Sequence record: SRR20825019_215
Strand: one strand, 5' to 3'
Length of the DNA stretch: 46,620 nucleotides
Shown: positions 16,785-25,872 of the stretch, piece after piece
Numbering within the stretch: the first letter of the stretch is position 1
Layout of the letters: every line of letters starts with the position of its first letter
Program-made: the position numbers and the translations under genes
The notes under the pieces: model-generated
Told to the model about the DNA's origin: nothing
Databases searched by the model: none
What the model saw: the letters and a program-made list of their open reading frames with translations, nothing else

Positions 16785-17558
16785 ATGACCAGTCTGTTCG
16801 TATCCCACGGCGCTCCCACCTTCGCACTGGAGCCGGGCCTGGCAGGCCCGGCCCTCTCGCAGCTTGGAACGGAACTGCCCCGACCAACTGCGGTGCTGGT
16901 GGTGTCGCCCCACTGGATGACACAGGAAGTGCAGGTGGGGCTGTCAGAGGTACCGGCTACCATCCATGACTTTCGAGGCTTTGAGCCCGCCATGTACGAA
17001 CTGGAGTACCCGGCGCATGGTCATCCCTCGCTCGCAAAGAAGGCTCTATCTCTGCTGGACAATGCCGGATGGAAGCCCGTCGCCGATGCCCATCGCGGCC
17101 TGGACCATGGTGCCTGGGTGCCGCTGACGTACCTGTACCCGGGCGCGTCGGTGCCGGTGTTCCAGGTGTCTCTGCCAGCAAACCTCGACAGCCAGTCCGC
17201 CTACCAACTGGGCCAAGTGCTGGCGCCGCTGCAAGAGGAAGGTGTGCTGATCGTCGGTTCGGGCAGTCTGACTCATAACCTCTACGAGGTACGCTGGAGG
17301 GATAACAACAGTGCAGAGTACGCAAAGGCCTTTAGCCAATGGGTTCGTGAAGCGGTTCTGGAAAACGACCAGGCACGCCTGATAAACACTCTGGCGCTCG
17401 CGCCCCATGCCCAGCGCGCACACCCCACCACGGAGCACTTTCTGCCGTTGCTGGTTGCACTGGGTGCCGCTGGCCCCGACGCACGCGGCTCGGTCATTGA
17501 AGGCGGCATTGAGCATGGTGTGCTGTCGATGGATTCCTTTATCTTTCGCAATGCCTGA
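16785..17558 (+). CDS. Class III extradiol dioxygenase (DODA/YgiD/LigB-like)
   Basis: FVSHGAP, SPHW, GLDHGAWVP, GSGSLTHNL and AHPTTEHFLPL motifs. Confidence 0.93.
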   Translation: MTSLFVSHGAPTFALEPGLAGPALSQLGTELPRPTAVLVVSPHWMTQEVQVGLSEVPATIHDFRGFEPAMYELEYPAHGHPSLAKKALSLLDNAGWKPVADAHRGLDHGAWVPLTYLYPGASVPVFQVSLPANLDSQSAYQLGQVLAPLQEEGVLIVGSGSLTHNLYEVRWRDNNSAEYAKAFSQWVREAVLENDQARLINTLALAPHAQRAHPTTEHFLPLLVALGAAGPDARGSVIEGGIEHGVLSMDSFIFRNA

Positions 17559-17674
17559 AACCCGGAACCTTTGCTGCCGTATCTAATTCCGTTGCCCTGA
17601 ACTGACCGATAACGGTAAAGTTCCTGCAGCAAAACGGACGCGGGGATGACCAGCCCCATGGATACGGGTGGAAT

Positions 17675-18079
17675 GTGACACTACAACGGCACAATCGATG
17701 GCCTGTATGGATAGCCCTGCTATCCATGCTGCTCATCTATCTGGGGCCATTGCTCACCAAAGCCCAGCTGCCCCAGCACGCCGAACCAACGCATCACTCG
17801 GCCGAGCCTTCCCATCACGCCAAGCACAAACACCACGGCCACCCACCTGAGCACGCTCCCGACAAGCATTCTGACCCGTTCGAGCACCTGGCCCATGGGG
17901 ACTGTGGCTACTGCGTTTTGCTCACCAAACTGCCGGCCATGTCACCCCAGGGCGCCCAAGGTGCGCCTTCAGACCATACTGGCAGCCGTCACCCTGCATC
18001 GCTGACCTCGATCTCTGCCCCACGGGGCATTCCAAGTTTTCCCAACGCGCCTGTTCGCGCCCCACCGCTCATCGTCTGA
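17675..18079 (+). CDS. DUF2946 (CruR/CutF-like) His-rich protein with CxxC and C-terminal RAPP
   Basis: N-terminal hydrophobic segment, His-rich middle, CGYC, and PVRAPP three residues from the end. Confidence 0.82.
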   Translation: MTLQRHNRWPVWIALLSMLLIYLGPLLTKAQLPQHAEPTHHSAEPSHHAKHKHHGHPPEHAPDKHSDPFEHLAHGDCGYCVLLTKLPAMSPQGAQGAPSDHTGSRHPASLTSISAPRGIPSFPNAPVRAPPLIV

Positions 18080-18118
18080 CCTCCGCACTTTCCCTTTAAA
18101 TCCGTAGTGAGGAAGACC

Positions 18119-19516
18119 ATGAACGAATCACGATCCACCGGCGCGCCGCGCTGGGGATACACTCTGCTATTGCGCCTGCATTTCTACGCAGGACTTCTCG
18201 TTGGCCCGTTTATATTCGTGGCCGCCCTTTCAGGCGCGCTGTTCGCACTGACGCCACAGATTGAAAGCTGGCTCTACCACACCGAACTGACCACCGAGTT
18301 CACTGGCAATGCTCACCCACTGGCCAGCCAGATCGGGGCTGCACGGAACCACATTGGCAACGATGCCGCCCTCGCTGCAGTCCGCCCGGCACCGGAAGCG
18401 GGCCAGACCACGCGGGTCATGTTTGCGGTGGATGACCTGCAACCCTACGAACATCAGGCGGTGTTTGTGGACCCGGTTTCCCTGGCGATTCGCGGTGACC
18501 TGGTGGTTTACGGCACCAGCGGCACCCTGCCGTTCCGCATCTGGATCGATTACGTACACCGGCATTTGCATTTGGGTGAGGTTGGTCGCTACTACAGCGA
18601 ACTGGCCGCCTCCTGGCTCTGGCTGGTGGCACTGGGGGGCCTGTTCCTGTGGTGGCGACGCCGCTCAACCAGCCGAAGCGGCAAGGACACGGAGAGAAGC
18701 ACACTTAGCAAATGGCATAGTCGTATTGGCGTGGTGTTGTTGATGGCCTTTCTGTTCTTCTCGGTAACCGGCCTGACCTGGTCCAAGTGGGCCGGTGCCA
18801 ATATTGCCGAACTGCGCACGCAACTGGATTGGGGCACACCAGGGCTGAACACGCAGATCGCCGATTCAGCCGCCGCTCAGGCTCACAGCCATGGTGAACA
18901 CGCCGGACACGGAATGGCCATGCCAATGGCCACGGGCAGAGACAACGCACCCACCTATGATGCCGTACTGGAACGTGCCCGGGCTGCGGGCATCGATGCC
19001 GGCATGGTGGAAATCAAGCCGTCGGCAGACGCTACCCGTGCCTGGGTGGTTCGTGAAATCGACCGCAGCTGGCCGACACAGGTGGATATGGTGGCGGTTG
19101 ATCCCAAGTCCATGGCTGTGACCGACCGGGTGGATTTCGAAACCTTCCCGATCGCCGCCAAACTCACCCGCTGGGGCATCGACGCCCACATGGGCATTCT
19201 GTTTGGCCTGGCCAACCAGCTCTTTGTGGCGGCCTGCGCCTTGGGTCTGTGCGTGATGATCGCGTTGGGCTATCGAATGTGGTGGCTGAAGCGCCCGACG
19301 CGAGGGGCATCCAATCAGCGGTCCGCCCAGCGGGTGTGGACAGAATTGCTCAAGGCACCGCCCCTGGCAATGCTGGCCATGGCGATAGTTGCGGTCGGAT
19401 TAGGATGGTTTGCGCCGGTGATGGGCGTCAGCCTTGGGGTGTTTCTTGTTGTGGATGGGTTTCTGGCCTTCCGGAGCTACAAGCAAAGCGAACAAGCAAC
19501 TTCCGAATACAGTTGA
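18119..19516 (+). CDS. PepSY-associated TM helix domain protein
   Basis: RLHFYAGL, H..LHLG, ELAASW, WHS..G and IDAHMG.LFG..NQ motifs. Confidence 0.9.
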   Translation: MNESRSTGAPRWGYTLLLRLHFYAGLLVGPFIFVAALSGALFALTPQIESWLYHTELTTEFTGNAHPLASQIGAARNHIGNDAALAAVRPAPEAGQTTRVMFAVDDLQPYEHQAVFVDPVSLAIRGDLVVYGTSGTLPFRIWIDYVHRHLHLGEVGRYYSELAASWLWLVALGGLFLWWRRRSTSRSGKDTERSTLSKWHSRIGVVLLMAFLFFSVTGLTWSKWAGANIAELRTQLDWGTPGLNTQIADSAAAQAHSHGEHAGHGMAMPMATGRDNAPTYDAVLERARAAGIDAGMVEIKPSADATRAWVVREIDRSWPTQVDMVAVDPKSMAVTDRVDFETFPIAAKLTRWGIDAHMGILFGLANQLFVAACALGLCVMIALGYRMWWLKRPTRGASNQRSAQRVWTELLKAPPLAMLAMAIVAVGLGWFAPVMGVSLGVFLVVDGFLAFRSYKQSEQATSEYS

Positions 19517-19570
19517 CAATCTCCTGCGCCCTATGATGTTATCACCGGTAACAATGTTATCGGTGATAAC
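19513..19570 (+). promoter_or_regulatory. sigma70-like promoter with tandem palindromic TetR operators
   Basis: TTGACA at 19513; GTTATC-acc-GGTAAC (19538-19552) and GTTATC-ggt-GATAAC (19556-19570). Confidence 0.65.
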
Positions 19571-19572
19571 TT

Positions 19573-20211
19573 ATGACTGTTAGCTCCACCCCACTCAAAA
19601 CCAATTACCACCATGGTGACCTGCCCCAACAGGCGCATCAGTTAGCCCTGGAAATTCTGCGGGAACATGGCGATGCGGCGATCAGCCTGCGGGCCCTGGC
19701 CAAGCAGATTGGGGTCAGTGCACCTGCGCTGTATCGACACTTCGTTGACCGGGATAGCCTGCTCGCAGAGCTCGCCATCACCGGTTTCAATGCACTACGG
19801 GAACGACTGCTCGCCGTTGATCAAAGCGACCCCAGGCGGGCGCTGATTGATATCGGCCTGGTTTACGTGTCGTTCGCCCGGGACGAACCCAACTTGTACC
19901 GGCTGATGTTTGGCGGGCGGGTGCTGCCCAAAGGTATTCACCCGCGCCTGGACACCGCCGGAAAGGGAGCTTTCCAAGTCCTGGAAGACACCATTGCACA
20001 AGCGCAGGCGGTCGGTTACGTCAAACCGATTCCGTTGTCACTGATGACAGCTGCCGCCTGGTCCCTGGTACATGGCCTGTCCCAGTTGTCTATCGACGGG
20101 CACCTGCCCAGCACGAAGGCGGAACCTCACCTGACCGAAGGTGTTGTCACACTCCTGCTCGATGGCTCAATTGCCGAAAACAAACAACACAATAAGGACA
20201 CCACATCATGA
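19573..20211 (+). CDS. TetR/AcrR family regulator (WHG-type C-terminus)
   Basis: YHHGDL, SLRALA..GVSAPALYRHF and WSLVHG motifs. Confidence 0.93.
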   Translation: MTVSSTPLKTNYHHGDLPQQAHQLALEILREHGDAAISLRALAKQIGVSAPALYRHFVDRDSLLAELAITGFNALRERLLAVDQSDPRRALIDIGLVYVSFARDEPNLYRLMFGGRVLPKGIHPRLDTAGKGAFQVLEDTIAQAQAVGYVKPIPLSLMTAAAWSLVHGLSQLSIDGHLPSTKAEPHLTEGVVTLLLDGSIAENKQHNKDTTS

Positions 20212-21833
20212 GTAGCCCCAAACCCAGTACTATCCGTGTCGGGCGGCGCTATCGCGCCAATCGTCTTGATGGCCCCTATGACGCCATTGTCATCGGCTCC
20301 GGTATTGGCGGGCTCACCACCGCCGCCTGCATGAGCAAAATGGGTAAAAAAGTGGTGGTGTTCGAGCAGCACTACACCGCCGGGGGCTTTACTCACAGCT
20401 ACGATCGCAACGGCTACGAATGGGATGTAGGTGTGCATTACATTGGTGATGTGGGCGCGGACCACACCCTGAGCAAACGACTGTTCGACCACATTACCGA
20501 CGGCCAGTTGAAGTGGGCGCCTATGGACAGCCACTTTGACCGCATCTTTATTGGTAACCGCCATGTGGATCTTGTCGCCGGCCCGGACGCCTTCAAAGCA
20601 GAGTTAAAGAAGGAGTTTCCCGGCGAGGAACAGGCCATCGATACCTACCTGGGTTATCTGCGGCAAGTGGCCAAGGCCATGCCCGGGCTGGTGATAGGCA
20701 AGGTACTGCCGGACCTGGCCGCCGGCCCCCTGCGCAAGCTGGTCGACCGCACCGCGCCTGCGTTCCTCAACAAGCCCACTCGAGAAGTTCTGGAGAGCCT
20801 GACCAACAACCAGGAACTGATCGCGGTGCTCACCGGCCAGTGGGGCGACAACGGCCTGCCACCAGCAGAATCCAGTTTCATCATCCACGCCCTGATTGCC
20901 CGCCACTACCTGTACGGCGGCTACTACCCCATCGGCGGTGCCTCTGAAATGGCGAAGACCATTATTCCGGTCATCCAGCAGAGTGGCGGGGAAGTGTTCA
21001 CCTATGCCGACGTAAAAGAAATTCTGATCGAAAAAGGCAAGGCCGTGGGTGTGCGCATGGCAGACGGCGAGGACGTTCGTGCCCCGCTGGTGATCAGCAA
21101 TGCCGGCGTATTCAACACGTTCGACAAACTGCTGCCGGAAACCTCACCCCACCGGGACTATTACCAGGAAAAGCTGAAAACCGTGGAACGCTCGATGGCC
21201 AGCAACTGCCTGTACATCGGCCTGGAAGATACCGCTGAGAACCTGAAGTTGCCGAAGACCAATTACTGGATCTATCCGGGCACCAACTACGAGAAGCAGG
21301 TCAGCGACTTTGTGGCCGCGCCGGACGAACACGACATTCCGCTGACGTACATCTCGTTCCCTTCCGCCAAAGACCCAAGCTTTGCCGAGCGCTACCCCGG
21401 CCGCGCCACGATCGAGATCGTCGCCCCCGGGCCTTATGACTGGTACGAGGACTGGGCGGACGAGACCTGGGGTAAACGTGGCGACGAGTATGAGGCAAAG
21501 AAAGAAGCCTACGCCCAGCGGCTACTGGCGAAGCTGTATGAGAAGTTCCCGCACCTGGAAGGCAAGGTGGATTACTACGAGCTGTCGACGCCGCTGTCTA
21601 CCGATTACTTCTGCCGCTACAGCAAGGGCGAAATCTACGGCCTGAACCATTCGCCCAGCCGCTTTGAACAGGACTGGCTGAAGCCCAAGACCCGCATTCC
21701 CGGCCTGTACCTGACCGGCCAGGATGTGATGACCTGCGGTGTGGCCGGGGCCATGATCGGCGGTCTGCTCGCCACCGTGGCGGTCAGTGGCCTGAAGGGG
21801 TTGCCGTTGGCGAAGAGGATGTTTGTGGGGTAA
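20208..21833 (+). CDS. FAD-dependent oxidoreductase, phytoene desaturase/retinol saturase (RetSat)-like
   Basis: IGSGIGGL, EQHYTAGG, WDVGVHY, ISFPSAKDP, STPL and GLYLTGQD motifs; ATGA overlap with tetR. Confidence 0.88.
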   Translation: MSSPKPSTIRVGRRYRANRLDGPYDAIVIGSGIGGLTTAACMSKMGKKVVVFEQHYTAGGFTHSYDRNGYEWDVGVHYIGDVGADHTLSKRLFDHITDGQLKWAPMDSHFDRIFIGNRHVDLVAGPDAFKAELKKEFPGEEQAIDTYLGYLRQVAKAMPGLVIGKVLPDLAAGPLRKLVDRTAPAFLNKPTREVLESLTNNQELIAVLTGQWGDNGLPPAESSFIIHALIARHYLYGGYYPIGGASEMAKTIIPVIQQSGGEVFTYADVKEILIEKGKAVGVRMADGEDVRAPLVISNAGVFNTFDKLLPETSPHRDYYQEKLKTVERSMASNCLYIGLEDTAENLKLPKTNYWIYPGTNYEKQVSDFVAAPDEHDIPLTYISFPSAKDPSFAERYPGRATIEIVAPGPYDWYEDWADETWGKRGDEYEAKKEAYAQRLLAKLYEKFPHLEGKVDYYELSTPLSTDYFCRYSKGEIYGLNHSPSRFEQDWLKPKTRIPGLYLTGQDVMTCGVAGAMIGGLLATVAVSGLKGLPLAKRMFVG

Positions 21834-21837
21834 ATCC

Positions 21838-22794
21838 TCACTCACAACATTCCAGCAACCGCGTGGCATGCTCCCGCAACGCGTCCTTGAGCCCATCCGG
21901 CTTGAGGATGGTAAACCGGAACGGGAGCTGTGCCAGCCACCAGGAAAACCACTCAAAGCTGTCGGTTTGGGTGGTTAGCAACAAGCCATCTTCACGCTGT
22001 TCGAATCCCTCCGCACAGGAGGAATGAAAACCAAACACGGCTGAGGCCGACTCACGGTCCGTATGGAGCACCAGCGACACCTCGTGGGTACGCCCCCAGG
22101 ACAGGAAGCTCTCACTCAGGAAATCCGCCGCATCAAAATCCGGTGGCCGCTGAAAAGTGGCCGTTAACAGATGGACATGGCTGATGCGGTCCAGCCGGAA
22201 CGAGCGCATGGCCTGGCGGAGATGGCAAAAGCCAGTTAAATACCAGCGCCCCTGACGGAACACCAGGCCGTAAGGATCCACGCTGCGGTCGATCCCGCCG
22301 TGGTCCGGGGAGTGGTAGGTAAACCCCACCGAGCGCATCGCTTCCGTGGCAACGGTCAGGGTTTGAAGGGCGCGGTCGTCCAGGCTGGGTTCGCCCCGGG
22401 GAAGGATCACCCGAGTGGTGTCGCTGACACCTCGTACCCGCTTTTTCAGGTTGGCCGGCATTACCCGTTCCAGCTTCGCCTGCACGCTGGCAATGGCCGG
22501 CGCAGCATCCGCCAGCCCGAGCTGTCGGGCAGCCAGTAGCCCAAGGGAGACCGCCAGGGTTTCCTCGTCGGTAAACATCATCGGTGGCAACTTGAAGCCT
22601 GCCACCAACCGGTAGCCGCCGTAGCGCCCCTGCTCGGTCATCACCGGAATGCCCAGGTCTTCAAGCACCGTGATGTAGCGGCGGATGGTTCGCCGGTCCA
22701 CGCCCAACCGCTCCGCCAGTTCGGCACCGCCGATCTGGCCATGGGTCTGCAACAATTCCAACACGGTTAACACGCGGGTCGTGGGACCAGACAT
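21838..22794 (-). CDS. YafY-like HTH-WYL transcriptional regulator
   Basis: ELAERLGVDRRTIRRYI, GGYRL, WYL and RSFRLDRI motifs. Confidence 0.94.
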   Translation of the reverse strand: MSGPTTRVLTVLELLQTHGQIGGAELAERLGVDRRTIRRYITVLEDLGIPVMTEQGRYGGYRLVAGFKLPPMMFTDEETLAVSLGLLAARQLGLADAAPAIASVQAKLERVMPANLKKRVRGVSDTTRVILPRGEPSLDDRALQTLTVATEAMRSVGFTYHSPDHGGIDRSVDPYGLVFRQGRWYLTGFCHLRQAMRSFRLDRISHVHLLTATFQRPPDFDAADFLSESFLSWGRTHEVSLVLHTDRESASAVFGFHSSCAEGFEQREDGLLLTTQTDSFEWFSWWLAQLPFRFTILKPDGLKDALREHATRLLECCE

Positions 22795-22944
22795 CGTGGC
22801 CTACCTCCTGGCAGCTTTTCGGCTTTTCTACATTAAAAATGCATCTTCCCATTTATCTAGGACAGATATTCGCCTAATTCCACATTAATCTGATCTCGCA
22901 GTAACCCATACCCTTGATAAAACAGGCTCGAAAAGGAGATCAGC

Positions 22945-23580
22945 ATGTCGGAACTCACCTTTTACACCCACCCCATGTCACGTGGCCGCGTTGTACGCTG
23001 GATGTTGGAAGAAGTCGGTATCCCCTACACGGTAGAGACGATGGATTTCGGCCCGGACATGAAAACCCCGGAATACCTGGCCATCAATCCCATGGGCAAG
23101 GTGCCCGCCATCAAACACGGCAGCACCATTGTGACCGAGGTGGCGGCCATCTGTGCTTACCTGGCGGACCAGTTCCCGGACAAGAAGCTTGCCCCACCGG
23201 CTGCCTCTCCGGAACGTGGCGCCTATTACCGCTGGCTGTTTTTCATGGCGGGCCCTTTCGAGATGGCTACCAGTGCGCTGGCCCACGGCTGGAAGATCGA
23301 CAGCACAAACGTGCAGGCCGTCGGTTGCGGCCGGGTGGAAGACAGTATCAACACGCTGGAGAAAGTGTTGGGCAAGAGTCCCTACATTTGCGGTGACACG
23401 TTTACCGCAGCGGATGTGCTGGTCAGCAGTTACCTGTGGTGGGAAACCATGCAGAAAAACATTCCGCCGAACAAGGTATTCCAGGAGTACATCCAACGCA
23501 CGGAAAGCCGGCCAGCGGCCAAGCGTGCCAATGAGCTGGATGATGCCCTGGTGGAGTCGATGAAAGCTGTCACAGCCTGA
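22945..23580 (+). CDS. Glutathione S-transferase family protein
   Basis: SRG..VRWMLEE, INPMGKVPAI and FTAAD motifs. Confidence 0.93.
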   Translation: MSELTFYTHPMSRGRVVRWMLEEVGIPYTVETMDFGPDMKTPEYLAINPMGKVPAIKHGSTIVTEVAAICAYLADQFPDKKLAPPAASPERGAYYRWLFFMAGPFEMATSALAHGWKIDSTNVQAVGCGRVEDSINTLEKVLGKSPYICGDTFTAADVLVSSYLWWETMQKNIPPNKVFQEYIQRTESRPAAKRANELDDALVESMKAVTA

Positions 23581-23583
23581 CGA

Positions 23584-24501
23584 TCAGGCGGTAGCGGCCG
23601 GCGATACTGGGCATAATCCTCCGGGTACATTCAGTACCCAATCGCGGATGGCCAGTATCGTCGGGTCCTGCCGGCGGCTTTCCGGGTACACCAGATAAAA
23701 TGGTTTGCCTTCCAGCTCCGGACCGAAGGGCTGTACCAGCCGTCCTTCGGCCAACTCATCCTCAATCAACGGCCGGCTCATCAGTGCCACGCCCTGGCCA
23801 CCCACGGCAGCGGAAATGGTGTGGGTCTCGTCCGAGAACACCAAACCGGCACTGACATCCAGCCCGGATAGCCCCGCCTGCCTCTGCCAGCCTGCCCAGT
23901 CTACCGGGCTCACCGATACTCGCTGCGGCCGGAAGTGGATCAGCGGATGATTCGGTAAATCCTCCATCCTCGTCAGCCCAAGATGGGGACTGCAGGCAGG
24001 AATAAAGGTGTTATCGAACAGCTTCTCCGCAACCAGGCCCGGCCATTGCCCATCGCCATAGCGAATGGCGAGGTCCGCCGTCACCCCATCCAGGGCCACG
24101 GCTTCGTGTGAGGCGTGAATGCGCAGGTCAATGTCCGGATGGCTGTCCCGCAACATACACACCCAGGACAACAACCAGCGCACCGCCACAGCCGGCGTGG
24201 TCGACAGGGTCACCGCCTGTCGCGACGGCACTGCCTTCAATCGCTCGATGGCATTGCCGATGTTGTCGAAGGCGGTTCCCAGCACTTCCTGTAAATCCCG
24301 CCCCTTAGGCGTCAGCAACAGTTGCCGGGGTTTGCGAACGAACAGCTCCACCCCAAGCGCCTCTTCAAGCCCGCGAATCTGATGACTGATCGCCGTGGCG
24401 GTCACCGAAAGTTCCTGGGCAGCCTGTTTGGCACTCTCATGGCGGGCGGCGGCCTCAAAGGCTCGCAGGGCGGACAGCGAAGGCAAGCGGCGGGGGTTCA
24501 T
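23584..24501 (-). CDS. LysR family regulator (GcvA-like)
   Basis: LPSLSALRAFEAAARH and AISHQIRGLEE motifs. Confidence 0.93.
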   Translation of the reverse strand: MNPRRLPSLSALRAFEAAARHESAKQAAQELSVTATAISHQIRGLEEALGVELFVRKPRQLLLTPKGRDLQEVLGTAFDNIGNAIERLKAVPSRQAVTLSTTPAVAVRWLLSWVCMLRDSHPDIDLRIHASHEAVALDGVTADLAIRYGDGQWPGLVAEKLFDNTFIPACSPHLGLTRMEDLPNHPLIHFRPQRVSVSPVDWAGWQRQAGLSGLDVSAGLVFSDETHTISAAVGGQGVALMSRPLIEDELAEGRLVQPFGPELEGKPFYLVYPESRRQDPTILAIRDWVLNVPGGLCPVSPAATA

Positions 24502-24622
24502 GAATGAGATCACCTCATCTATAGGCGAAAGAAATCATCGTTTGTGGCCCTCTAAGTATGACTTTAGGCTTAATTCACCGTCAACAACAGATGAATTTTC
24601 CTACAACCGAATGGAGCTCCAC

Positions 24623-25345
24623 ATGACTCATATCCTGCAACTCGACGCCTCTGCCCGCCCTGGCCGCGCCGGCATCCACGAACACGGTTCCCACAGCCGC
24701 AGCCTGACACACCGGTTTGTTTCCCGGTGGCAGGCCCAACGCCCTGGCGATACCGTGACCTACCGCGATATCGGCGGCACGCCCCCATCCTTCATTGATC
24801 AGCAATGGATACAGGCGGCCTTTGCTCCGCCCGAAAAGCACGAGCCCTGGATGAACGACACACTGGCAGAAAGTGACCAACTGATCGATGAACTGGTCGC
24901 CTCGGACATCCTGGTCATTGGTGCGCCACTCTATAATTTTGGTATGCCAGCGGCTCTGAAGGCATGGGTGGACCTGGTTGTTCGCATGGGCAGGACCGTG
25001 GAGTATGACCCATCCACCCCAGAAGCCCCCTTCACAGCACTGCTAGCAGACCGCCCCCGCCACGCGGTTATCCTGTCTTCCCGCGGCGGAGTTGGATTCG
25101 AGCCTGGAGGGGAGCTGGCACATATGAATCACCTTGAGCCAGGCCTGACCACGGTGCTTGAGTTTATCGGCATCACCAATGTACATAGCATTGCCATTGA
25201 AAATCAGGAGGAAGGCGGTGATGTGTTGGCGCAATCCGTTGCTGAGGCGGAACGGCGGGTGGATGAACTGGTGCTGGCGTTGCAGGAAACACTCACCAAG
25301 GCGACACCTGCGATGACGTCGTCATCACTGGTAGGCTCGGTGTAA
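24623..25345 (+). CDS. azoR: FMN-dependent NADH-azoreductase
   Basis: ILQLDASAR, S.SR.L, PLYNFGMPAALKAWVD and SSRGG motifs; GGAG RBS. Confidence 0.88.
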   Translation: MTHILQLDASARPGRAGIHEHGSHSRSLTHRFVSRWQAQRPGDTVTYRDIGGTPPSFIDQQWIQAAFAPPEKHEPWMNDTLAESDQLIDELVASDILVIGAPLYNFGMPAALKAWVDLVVRMGRTVEYDPSTPEAPFTALLADRPRHAVILSSRGGVGFEPGGELAHMNHLEPGLTTVLEFIGITNVHSIAIENQEEGGDVLAQSVAEAERRVDELVLALQETLTKATPAMTSSSLVGSV

Positions 25346-25364
25346 TCGCCAACAAGGACATTGC

Positions 25365-25859
25365 ATGCTCTGCTTCAGCTATGGCTCCAACATGTCGCAA
25401 CGACGACTCCAGGCCCGGGTTCCATCAGCCCGATTCATAGCTGTCGCAGAGCTTACAGCCCATCGGCTCCGCTTTCACAAATCCGCCAGCGACGGCTCCG
25501 CCAAATGCGACGCGGAAGAGACCGGCAACCCGGAGGACTGGGTGACCGGCGTGGTTTACGAGATTGATGATTCAGAGAAACCAGACCTGGACCGACATGA
25601 AGCTCTGGGGTTTGGCTACGATGAGAAGCAGGTTGAGCTGAAAACCGAACAAGGCACCCTGCACGCCTGGATGTATTATGCCACCCGCATCAACAACTCA
25701 CTTAAACCCTTCCACTGGTACAAGGACCACGTGCTCATCGGCGCCCGGGAAAACGGCTTGCCGGCGGACTACATTGCGCAGATTGAAGCCGTGGAGTCCA
25801 TTGATGACCCCAAACCAGAGCGGCACGCCCGGGAGCTGTCGATTTACAGCAACACATAG
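25365..25859 (+). CDS. Gamma-glutamylcyclotransferase family protein
   Basis: FSYGSNM, V.GVVY, LD..E and GA.E.GLP..Y motifs. Confidence 0.88.
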   Translation: MLCFSYGSNMSQRRLQARVPSARFIAVAELTAHRLRFHKSASDGSAKCDAEETGNPEDWVTGVVYEIDDSEKPDLDRHEALGFGYDEKQVELKTEQGTLHAWMYYATRINNSLKPFHWYKDHVLIGARENGLPADYIAQIEAVESIDDPKPERHARELSIYSNT

Positions 25860-25872
25860 GCTGCCGGCTTCC

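Noticed and set aside
24395-24622. Extended azoR N-terminus
   Set aside because: It overlaps the divergent LysR gene; the family start with RBS is at 24623.
840-25860. Prophage, ICE or IS as the origin of the accessory region
   Set aside because: No integrase, transposase, phage or conjugation genes, and no tRNA or long flanking att repeats were seen.
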